Assembly: GCA_030265395.1 (NCBI GenBank)
Contig: JARFYF010000063.1
Span: forward strand, 106,511,746 to 106,575,745
From: Rhina ancylostomus
Lineage: Eukaryota
Direction: 5' to 3'
Length of the DNA stretch: 64,000 nt
Part shown: piece by piece, positions 47,971 to 59,200 of the stretch
Position numbering within the stretch: position 1 is the stretch's first letter
How the letters are laid out: every line of letters begins with the position of its first letter
Notes under the pieces: generated by a model
Told to the model about the DNA's origin: nothing
Databases searched by the model: none
The model's input: only the letters and a program-made list of their open reading frames with translations
Program-made: the position numbers and the translations under genes

Positions 47971-49537
47971 ACCACCTCTGCCAGCAGTGCATTCCACACA
48001 CCCACCACTCTCTGTGTAAAAACTTACCTCTGACATCCCCCCAATACTTTCCTCCAAAATTATGCCCCCTTGTGTTAGCCATTTTTGCTCTGGGAAAAAG
48101 TCTCTGACTGTCCTCTTGATCTATGGCTCTCATCATCTTGTACTCTCCAATCAAGTCACTTTTCATCCTCCTTTGCTCCAATTGGAAAAGCCCTAGCTCA
48201 CTCAACCTACCCTCATGAGACATGCTCTTCAATCTAGGCAGCATCCTGGTAAATCACCTCTGCACCCTCTCCACATCCTTCCTATAATAAGACAACCAGA
48301 ACTGAACACAATACTCCGAGTATGGTCTAAGCAGAGTTTTATAGAGCTGCAACATTACTTCACAGCTCTTGAACTCAATACCCCGACTAATGTAGGCCAA
48401 CACACCGTTCGCCTTCTTAACAACCCTATCAACCTGCGTGCCAACCTTGAGGAATCTATGAGCATGGATCCCAAGATCCCTCTGTTCCTCCACACTGCTA
48501 AGAGTCCTGCCACTAACCTTGTATTCTATCTTCAAATTCAATCTTCCTAAGTGTATCACTTCACAGTTTTTTGGGTTGAATTCCATCTGCCATTTCTCAG
48601 ACCAGCTGTGCATCCTATCAATGTCCTGTTGTAACCTACAGCAACCTTCTACACTATCCACAACACCACCAACCTCTATGTCATCTGCAAACTTACTAAC
48701 CCACCCTTCCAAATACTCATCCAAGTCATTTATAAAAATCACAAAGAGCAAGGGTCCCAGAACAGATCCCAGCGGAACAACAGTGGTCACTGACCTCCAG
48801 GCAGAATACGCTCCATCTACAACCAGCAATCTAAACCTTCCATGAGGAACCTTATCAAGCGCCCTACTAAAATCCACGTACACCACATCCACTGCTCTAT
48901 CTTCGTCAGCGCGCTTTGTCATATCCTCAAAGAATTCAAAAAGGCATGTCCTGCCCCTCAAAAAGTTATGCTGACTGTCCCTAATCGGCCTATGCTTCTC
49001 CAAATACCCATAAATCCTGTCTCTAAGAATTTCCTCCAGTAATTTGTCCACCATTGAAGTAAGACTCACTGGCTTGTAATTCCCAGGGTTATCCCTACTC
49101 TCTTTCTTAAACAAAGGAACAATATTTGCCACCCTCTGGCACTACTCTTGTGGCCAGTGAGGATGCAAAGATCATCGCCAAAGGCGCAGCAATCTCTTCT
49201 CTCGCTTCCTGTAATAACCTTGGATATATCCCATCCGGCCCTGGTGATTTATCAATCCTAATGTTTTTCAAAAGTTCCAGCACATCCTCTTTCCTCATGT
49301 CGACATGCCCTAGTGCCTGTTGTATGCCATTCTCACAAACGTCAAGGTCTCTCTCACTGGTGAATACTGAAGCAAAATATTCATTAAGGACCTCCCCTAC
49401 CTCTTCCGACTCCAGGCATGTTTCCTTTTTTTTATCCCTGATTGGTCCTACCCTCACTCGAGTCATCCTCCTATTCTTCACATAGGTGTAGAACGCCTTG
49501 GGATTTTCCTTAATCCTATTCGTCAAGGACTTCTCGT
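47971..49537 (-). mobile_element. CR1 LINE, 5'-truncated, with RT domain (frameshifts and an internal deletion)
   Basis: ORFs 49107-49547 and 48254-49132 contain KSPGPDGIYPRLL, NPGNYKPVSLTS, VYVDFSRALDKVPH, VPLGSVLGPLLFVIFINDL and SKFADD. The 3' end runs into the N gap. Confidence 0.95.
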
Positions 49538-50149
49538 GAATAGCCAATTCCTGCTTCTATTTCTTCCATCCTCAAGATTATTAAAACCGTTCTCAGCTTC
49601 ATTGCCATACTCAGATGCTGCTAGAACGGCAATGGGAATGATAACATTGGCCACTAGCCATTGCATGTTGGTTTGCTAATGATTCATAAATGTATGCATG
49701 GGCTTGACCACCACTTTCATGCTGAATAGAATGGGCTCCACGCTTCATGCAAAGCTTTCTATCATTCTGTATACTCAACTGCCTTTTTCTAATTAATATC
49801 CTCATCAGAGTCTTGTGTTATCTTAACATTTAAGGAGCTGACATCTTCAACATGTTCTTCCTCAGCAATGGTTGCAAGCTGCTAGTGCCCAGGAACTCAC
49901 CACAGACATACAGTATCTCAGCCCTTTGTTTTCCTTTAAGTTACATGCAATGTCAGTTTGGAAGCTGGTGGCTGCGAGTGCAAAAATCGAGTGACACTTC
50001 ATCTTCATCATTGCTGTCTTTACCTTCCTGCACAACCTAGACAGATTGCAGTTTCTGTGTATTCAAAATGAGCAAGGGCAGAGAGCAGGGAAAAGTAACA
50101 ACTGCATGCTGGTGTATCAAAAGAGAGTGTGGGTTGTCTGAAGTAGGCT

Positions 50150-51030
50150 TCAATGCAATTATGGAGTTATCTTTTAACTTTTCAGCTCTGCTGCTTGCCA
50201 CAGCCTCAGCAACGCAAGCTCAATAACGGCCAGCATCATCTCCTCCACGGGGGTAAGGTCATGCAGATATTACTATCTACCTTTTTGGCTGGAAGCTTGT
50301 GGTCTCTGGCTTCGTCAGTGTCAAGCAATCTGTCAGGATGATGTGGCCAGTGAAATAGTTCCCTGAACGTACCAGCTGTGAGTGTGAAGCTCCCAGCAGT
50401 GCTAAATGTATGGGGCGATGGGTTCGTGTGTGAACGTTAGGTGTGCATCTTGACTTGAGGAGATTGTTGGTAGATGAGTGATGGTAGGTGATGATTTAGT
50501 CAAGTGCTTGAGCCTCATGGTGCTGTATGTTGAAGATGGCAGTTGAAGATACATTCACTGACTTTGTTCACTCCAATAAGGTCATTAAACTTCTAACATG
50601 CCATATTCAGGTCTCGGGAGCTTGAATCTAGGGATTAACCTCCAGGTATGTCTGGTCCCATTGCCTTTTTATTTTGTATCTGGTGCCCTCTGAAACCTCT
50701 GCCAAAACATGATGTATCTCCTAATTTCCAGCTTCTCCACTTATGCCTACCTTTGTAAAACTGCATGCAAACCATGAATACCTCTCTCTCCCATGCTGCA
50801 CTATTCTTTACTGTTTCCCAGAAAGTATCCATGGTAGAAGACCTGCTACCATTTATTCCAGAAACAAAGCACCTTCAAGCAGTGCAGGCCAGCTTTAAAT
50901 GGTGCTCTCCATTCATGAGATTGAACCCCTGCTAAAGCATCCTCTTAATGAACAGCACAGTTAACAAACTGCATGAGGCTGACATGCCACCTGCATTATA
51001 CTGAATAGGCTCTCGCTCAGATTCTCGTGA
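50150..51030 (-). mobile_element. Fossil Harbinger accessory Myb/SANT-like ORF
   Basis: Minus-strand broken frames give VEKLEIRRYIMF, QWDQTYLEVN and C*KFNDL (cf. VE.RRDVLF..WE.VA.EVN..QCRKKFNDL), and downstream LHDLTPVEEMMLAVI (cf. LTP.EE.VLAI). Confidence 0.55.
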
Positions 51031-51992
51031 TGCTCCACCAACCCTCACTCCCATACCCCCACACTTTCCTTTTCTCAGGTGTTTTCAAATTCAGCTCGCT
51101 AATCTTTCAGTGAGCCTACATAACTGTTAGCATAATTTTGTTTAATTATAAAAGATACCTTGTTTAAAAAAGATAATTTCTATCAGGGTTTCCTGACTTG
51201 ACTTTATGAATATTTTTATACATACAAATGTTGTTCTGACTCCCAAGTTTAATGCATTAGATCTTGGCTTTGTATTGGTAAAATATCATAAAAACTACCT
51301 CCTTGTCAAACAGGCCAAATCAACAGGATGACTTGTAAACAAATAGGTACTGGAAGACAGCTTTTCTTTACATCTTTGATTAAATGCTTTCAGATAGCTC
51401 CTTTGATCTGATATTGCGATTGCAAAAAACACATCTGGTTTATTTTTTAAATTATCCCTTTTACAGGAGGCACACAGATGACAGTAAAATTGATACAAGG
51501 CTTCTTTTTAATTTCATAGGTCACGCGGAATCCTGCAAGGCATCTAGTACAATTTATAATCAACTGCCAGATTCTGCTTCATGCTCTATGCAACTAATGC
51601 CCCATTTTGTGTATCTTTTTTTTGCACATGGAATATCGTAACAGTAAACAAGTGTGTTTTCATTTTTAATTTTCATATTATTCAAATGCAACAATTTAGC
51701 AAATCCAACAGCTTCTCTCTCTCCATATTCTCCTCGTTTCCTTTTCCCAGAGGGTCATTGTCTCCCTTTGGGAGAAAATCTATGGATAGCAGAAACAGCT
51801 TGCCTCTGTAACCTGGGGCTTAGCTGCAGTGGCATTGGAACTACCAGATGTCAGCCCTATCCCACCTTATAAAATTACTATTCCTTACTCTATCCTGTTC
51901 ACCTAATATAAATTCTGAGAGGATTGTGGCCAACTTGGGTCTAGTCTACAAATATACCTTATTTTCCAATAAATAGCATGTAAATTTTTAAA

Positions 51993-52172
51993 AAATTTTA
52001 TTTACAGCGTATTAACAGGCCCTTCCGGCCCAATGAATCCGCACTGCCCATCTTAAACCCCAAATTAACCTACCCATACGTCTTTAGCATGTGGTGGGAA
52101 ACCGGAGCACCCAGAGGAAACCCACGCAGATACGGGAGAACGTACAAACTCCTTACAGACAGCAATGGGAAT
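51993..52172 (-). mobile_element. tRNA-SINE of the same family as 5303-5555, head truncated
   Basis: tttatttacagc..taacaggcccttccggcccaa...gaaaccggagcacccagaggaaacccac...caaactccttacagacagc aligns by eye to 5320-5490 and stops at gggaat inside the B box. Confidence 0.85.
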
Positions 52173-52929
52173 AATGTTTTACTTTCCTTTCTCTCCTTAT
52201 TTGTTTACTTTTCTAATTGTAAGAATAGTATCAGGGATATTTTAAAAATACTGCAGCATAATCAATAATTTGAATATTTTCATGAATTATCCCTCAACAA
52301 TGAAAACACCCTCCTCTTCTTACTTTGACTTCTCTGGCAGAGATAGCAAAACATTCCCCAGCAGCAGTACATACATGACGAAGTTTATGGTCATATATTT
52401 CAAGTTAAAATCTGTGCTATGTTGAACTAGAATACTATTCAATAAAACCATCAATTTATTTTAGACAATAAAACATCTGAGACTTATCATTGTCTCTCAC
52501 ACTGTTGCAGGCTTAGGCTATTAAAAATTGAATTGTGCTTGATACTTGATTCAAATTGTAGATTTAAAATATTGCATTCTAATTTCACAGAATATCAGTT
52601 TGATAGCACTACAGGCTGAGAAGGCACCTGCAATCTGCAAAGAAAATAGACTATGACTGTAAAAATGTACATTGCACAATACGTACATGTTTTTTTTCTG
52701 CTGGGTAGGGATAGGAAGCTTATAATTTTAGACCATCTTTAGCTTAAAATAAAACATTGGCCTAGAAGTTCACCTGCACTGATTCTCTGACCTTCAATGG
52801 ATGTTAGCAATTTTCCCACATTGTTTTGAAAAGCTTAAAATCATTGTGAAATTTATTAGAGTCAGTTCTCAAACAGCACTGGCCGATTTCCTTGTGTAAC
52901 ACTGCTCTGCTCCAGGAACGGTAGATGTT

Positions 52930-53260
52930 GGTGGTCAAATTTCCCATGTCGGCAACACCCCTTCGCATAGCTCTGACCTCAGGAAGAGGCCCTTAAAGGG
53001 TCATTTCACAATGCAGCCAGCACTCTTTCAGCTTCAGGAGAGGGTTGGCAAGGAATGAGTGCATGACAATGACAGGGTGGGTGCAGGTGTGGTGGTAGAG
53101 ACCCCTGGGAACACAGGAATTTGCACAGGCTTCTGAAGAGTTGTGTACAGCTTCTTTGTATCAAGGATATCTGTGGCAAAGTATTGCCAGGGAGGTGTCT
53201 GTAAGGGCACGCGTGCCCAATGTAAGTGTCTGCCTTTGGGAGGCCTGCTATTGAACTGAG
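52930..53260 (+). mobile_element. Possible second Myb/SANT-like Harbinger remnant
   Basis: YLWQSIAREVSV...AQCK resembles the W..VA.EVS...QC.K helix motif; GC-richer block with broken frames. Confidence 0.3.
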
Positions 53261-54466
53261 TTCCAGGTGTGAATACAAAAGCCCAATTGACCAAAAATCA
53301 CAAGTTTCCCTATGAAAGTTGAGCATTTTGTTTTTACTTCAGTGATGCAGCAGTGAGCATCAAAGTTTAGATGTGGCACATCTCAGCAGAGAAAACTTGG
53401 AAGAATTTTGAAGCAAGATTCCTGGGAGAGTGAACTTGACCTTGATGACAGTGCCAGCACTTAGGTTTGTTTGCACCTATGGTTTTCAGAGATCACTCTT
53501 GTGCATGAGGACAACCTTTAGGAAGAGTATCCTGCAATGATGTTGTTGCAGTAACCGTTAATTAGGGGGTTGTCCCTGTGAGCCTGGGTGGAGAAGGTTT
53601 TCAGTGGCACCTCTTTTCTCAGATGCTTTTTCATATATTTCATCTAATGAACTTTCAATCACATCACATTTGTATGANNNNNNNNNNNNNNNNNNNNNNN
53701 NNNNNNNNNNNNNNNNNNNNNNNNNNNNNNNNNNNNNNNNNNNNNNNNNNNNNNNNNNNNNNNNNNNNNNNNNNNNNTCATATATGTCATCTAATGAACT
53801 GTCAATCACATCACATTTGTATGATTTCTTCCAGCATTTCTGACCACTGAATCCTGATGGGTCAACCTATTGAAGTCAACTGACAGTGCAGTGACTGGGA
53901 TCCTAGTTTGGGTCAGTGTATTTTAGATTTGATTTGCAGTGAGTTCAACTGCACTCTGCTTACAACTGGAGGAGAAATGTTTTTAGCCATTTAAGTTATG
54001 TTCAGTTTAAATCTTCCGTATTATTAAAAGCTCTTTTTCCTAGGAATGAATAGCAACAATGACTGTTAAACTCAATGAGGTGCAGAGTCTCATCAGAAAA
54101 AAATTTTGGAGGTTACACCACTATTGACGTCACTTGAGTGAGCTGGACACCAGAAAAAGTACTCTAGGGTACATCAAATTCTCATAACAAGAAGTCCATA
54201 TGTTCTTAAGGATTGGTGTTAAATCTCTAACAAACATGTGCAAAATTGGTTAATATCACATAATATAATTTTTGTCTACACAGCAGCAGTTATTCTGTTG
54301 CTGTGCAATCAAATTTCTGGGCCATTGTATTTATTTCAATCCAACTATTGTCTCAATTTCAAATATTTTTGAGCATACATTTTACAAAGGTCATTGTTCT
54401 GTTGCTTGAAACTCCTTTTGCTTTGAACTTTCTCTTGTTATGATCATTGGAGTCTCAGCAGGGGAG

Positions 54467-54499
54467 TCAGATTTACATTGCTCAGATTTACATTGCTCA
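54467..54499 (+). repeat. 15-bp perfect tandem duplication
   Basis: tcagatttacattgc twice, plus tca. Confidence 0.9.
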
Positions 54500-55909
54500 C
54501 TTGAAGTACACTGGAGCTTAGGGTGTCAGAGCAGCACGCATCCTGGAAGGGTCACTTAGCATATATTATATTGCTGAGTCTTCCACTCAATGCAAACAGT
54601 TTCCACAAGAGCTTCACTTTTCAGTTAGTAGAAAATGGAAAGGTTGCCATTTTTACTGTCAAGCTTTAAAAAAATTGCTTTAGAGTTAGATGTGATATTT
54701 ACAATAATTATATTGCAACTGATATGAGGCATTAAGAACCAGCAATATACTATACCACAGGCACTTGCACTGCTCTAGTTTCAATATGGCACCAGTAAAA
54801 AAAGGTGTAGTATAACTTGCTTTATCATTATCTATAAAAAATTATATTTTTATATCAAGAAAATAAAAAGTAAATTTTATCAACTTTTCCTAATTCAGGA
54901 AGCAATTTTAGAGGGCAGAAATTCAAGGGGAGAACATTTAAGAAAACATTTAATTTAAAACATTTATATGAAATGGAAAGAACAACCTTGGTAAAATTGG
55001 TAGGGTCCAGTACACATTGTAATTCTGTCCTTTTGTAATCCAAGATGTTGTACAGTGTCCAAAAGGCTTCCCCTGGTTAAAGACCAACTAAAACCCCATT
55101 TCGCACTAGATCTGAAAGTGATTAAGCATTAGTTTGCTTNNNNNNCACTGGGTACACGTCACCTCTCTCAGCTCCAACCCTGTTTACATGATATGTTATT
55201 GCACAAGCTATAGTAATTTCCTTCATCTTGGTATCACATTCTGCTTAGCAGGTAACACTGCCAACTTCACTAGCAGTAGAGTCACTCATTCGACCATTTA
55301 GTTTGTATGTGTGGGTAAAACCAAGGAATTCCCACTCTGAGGGCCCAAATCAGCGAGAGATAGATCTCAACCAGTCTGCTCTAATGACATAGTACTTGGT
55401 TCAAAGAAAGAGTCTATTTGTGAGAAACAGTTAATTGGAATACCAAGTAGATATCTAATATTTCCCAAATATTATCCAAATATAGTAAAAGGTAATATGT
55501 TGGTGAAAATTAATTGCAAAGTTTGGGCTGTTACTCAGATAAGATATTGTTCCATTTAGAAATTATCAGTAGCTGCAAGTAGAACAGAAACTCACTGAAA
55601 CACTGTAGATGAGCAATTATTTGACTAAGGGACAGAAGGGTAACAAGGGTTATATTCTTTATGATGCTGATAAGATCAAGAAAAACCTCTTATTAAAAAA
55701 ACTTGTTATTGGCACTAGTGTATGTATCATTCCTCAGTGAGAAGGTAAGCAACTGACAGCTATAGCTTACCACAGGGACCTGATGATAAAGCCATTTTCT
55801 GGCAATATTGGCTCAGGTACTTTCAACCGCTTTGTGTATATACATACGAAAAAGGAGGCTCAGATATTGCTTCTCCTTCATTGCAACATGAAGTATTTTT
55901 AACTGCTGT

Positions 55910-56252
55910 CCAGCTCTGTGGTAATATTGTTACTGGTCTGGGGTAATAATCAGAAAATGAAAATTCAAATATAACTACAGAAACTCAGAATGTTTTTTTT
56001 TAAATCTGGAAGTAAATGTAACCATGAAGGTAAAGGAATATTATTTAAAAATCCAACTGGTTCCTAACAACCTTAAATGCCCTGTGCTACATGTGACTCC
56101 AACCAGACACCATTGTGGATGACTCTTAACTGACCTCTGAAGTGACATAACACATATTCAGCTGTTTAACATTTTGTCAGGACAACTAGGGAGGAGTAAT
56201 GTATGCTGACCCCGCCAGTGACACACACTTCCTAAGAACGAATGGGGAAAAA
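55910..56252 (+). mobile_element. Degenerate tRNA-SINE with LINE-shared A-rich tail
   Basis: aaaaatccaactggttc...ctacatgtgactccaaccagacaccattgtggatgactcttaactgacctctgaagtg...gccagtgacacacacttcctaagaacgaatggggaaaaaa; resembles a common elasmobranch SINE body as recalled. Confidence 0.6.
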
Positions 56253-59200
56253 AGGAACCTGACAGAAGCGAAAAGGGATCCATTGCAACATTCTCNNNNN
56301 NNNNNNNNNNNNNNNNNNNNNNNNNNNNNNNNNNNNNNNNNNNNNNNNNNNNNNNNNNNNNNNNNNNNNNNNNNNNNNNNNNNNNNNNNNNNNNNCTCTT
56401 GACTCAGTGTTTAGATGATCCTTTAAATGGATGCATATGCTGTCAAGCACAAGGAAGCTTTGCACTGTTCTTCAGATGCCTATGCAAATTCATGTGCACC
56501 TGCAAGGACTCTACCCCCATTGGACAGTGAAAGGCTGCTAATATAAAGATTGCTGGATCTCATATCCAATTGTTAGTATATTTGTATGGTGTATGGACCA
56601 TATAGCAGTCTTTAAAATGGGATCTTTTGTTAGGTTGGAAAAGCAATAACATATTGCAGTTCTTTGCGAACTACTGGATTGGCACTATGATAAACACCCA
56701 CTTCTTTACCACAGACCACTGGGGCAATTTGCCCATGGCACTGCCTATTCTGCATTCCTACTTGGCAATGAATTCATAGCTTAGAATACCTGGGAGCTCT
56801 CCCAAGTTATGCAGAAGAAGCCCATGCCTTACAGCTCTGGTTTCCTGTAGGAAATGAAGTCACTCACCAAACCCAAATCCATTTTGAAAATGAATTGAAC
56901 TCATCGTTTCATCTCACGATGAAGCAAACAGTCAACTAAATCACTTTCTCTCTGCATTCAAAATATGATGACCACTTTTGGAGAGATAGAAATCACTTAG
57001 TTTAAGTTCTAATTATATTTTACTGAGCAGTTAGTCTTCTGGTGAATTACTACTACAGCTTTTCTTTAATTCATTGTGCCCTTTACAATTAACCCTCAGA
57101 ACAGGTGTCTCAGATTTGTTTGTGTTCAGCAGGGTAAGGGTAAATAAGTTTCAACATGCACAAAGTAGTTCAATTAATACTAATGAAGAGTGCGATTATT
57201 TCAATTTACACCACTGATTAATTGTGAAACACAATGAATACCAATACAATAAACAAACATGACAGTCAAACCTTTAATCAAGTGGATGATCATTAGTCAA
57301 TTAACTAGTAATCAATTAATAAATAGAGTTAGTTGATCACCTCTTCTCACACCAATAAACATCAAGTCTGTTTAAGAGAATTTGGCTGTAGGGAGGATTT
57401 TCACTAATTATAGTTTTACCAGATAAAGGACCAGCAAAAATCTCACTTAAATCAATTTCCAATTGCCTAGAAATTCATCCCTGGTTGGTAGTGTAAAATG
57501 TGCTGCATATTGTGTCAATGTATCATACTCTGTCTTCGATAATTTTTTCCATTGGGGTCAATTGAATGGAGGCAGAATGAAGTTCCAGTTAATAACATGA
57601 TTTTAGTTAATATGTTCCAAGATCTTTGTTTGTTATATTTAAGTGTAATTTTACAGAAAAAATGATGGCTCATCTGTTTTTTCATTTCTATGTGTGAACT
57701 GACTAGCAGATCTTCTGGAATATTGCTTTACAGTAGCAAAGGCAAACTCACTCACAGAAGCAGAAGTCAGCCGGTTTCATCAAACCATGCATTTCTGTAA
57801 TGAGTCACAGATGTCTGTAAAACGTATTAAAAATCTCAACTCTGCATGCACTTCTACCTGCAAAGCCCTCTTTTTTTATGTTGTGCTAAGTAAGATGAGG
57901 CTCTTAACATATTGTGTAAATATCTGTGAGTTCTTGCTGACTACACTTTCATGTTGACAATTCAATCTATTTTACAATGGAATCTGCCTATGTAACCTCA
58001 CCACATCTTAATTATGCCTTTAGTTTCACTCTTGTTATCCCTTAGCTTGTAAATTAACAGAAGGAATGTTTACAAATGGTAGATTAGGGTAATGTGCTTA
58101 TTGTCTCTCCTTTAAGACACTGTGAAGCTTTGTTTCTAGTAGCCCTGACAGAAAATGACAAAATGCATCACACTTGAGGCTGGGAAATTCAAGTGTCAGG
58201 TGGCCCTTGGGCTCTAACCTGCAACCTCTAAATTCTTATCACTAGACCACTGGGTTGTTGTGGCCATTATTCTCAATATGTCTTCCCCAATCAATATTTA
58301 CTAATTTTGTTACAGCGAGGCTATCATATTAATGTATGGGTGGGAAGCATTAAACAGAAATGTACTCATGGGTTATTTATCATCCTGTAAAACTTGAACT
58401 CTAATGTTCCAAATGTAAAACATGTAATTTTTTCAATAACTCTAACCAAAGAAAAGACACATAAAAGCTACAATGCTTAATATGTGAAAATCATACTAAC
58501 TTCTGTTTAACTTTATATTTAGGGGAGGGGTTGGTTGAGAAATAGGCGACTGTATAAATTTTAAGTGGCTGTGGACACAGACACCATTAGAGCTAAAGTG
58601 AATTGGATAAAGAGCTGTACAAAATGATTATCCAAAGCTTATTCTGCTGTCACTCTTCTGTTTAAATAGCACTTTCAGAATTAACATAGAAATAGCCTTT
58701 GGAATGTTAATCTTCCAATATGATTCTTTATGAACTCAACATAGATTCCAAATGCTTCTTTTCATTACTTGCACAGCATTTCAGGAAAAACACAGTAGTC
58801 AATATTTCATTCCATGTCTGTACTAGGTTTTGCAGTGATTATAAAATGGCAGTGTGTGAGCAATTATTTTTTCAATGCTTTGCATACAGCAAATGGAATT
58901 ACAATAGAAAAAACATCCATTAAAAACAAAACTTAGTGTGCATTGACTCCATAACTTCAACAATGGTGCAAACCCTGTGCACAGAGCTCTTTCCTGGGTG
59001 GAGGAACTCGGGTTCCAATCAGGCAGATCTCTGTCTATACTAACCAACCAAAATCAAAACAGTTGCAACTGATCTGATACTGGTGGCAGCAGTCTGATTT
59101 CAGTATTAAGGAGGCATGACTTTTTTTTGCTCGTGAGGTGATGGGTTCAGCTAACAGTCTGTGCAGATAGCAATATTGAGAGTATAATCCAACAGAGTGA

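Noticed and set aside
48254-49132. 292-aa reverse transcriptase ORF as an active or novel RT system
   Set aside because: It is an ordinary 5'-truncated CR1 copy with frameshifts, a deletion, and no endonuclease or ORF1.
48215-49485. Plus-strand ORFs of 66-119 aa
   Set aside because: They are antisense shadows of the CR1 ORF2.
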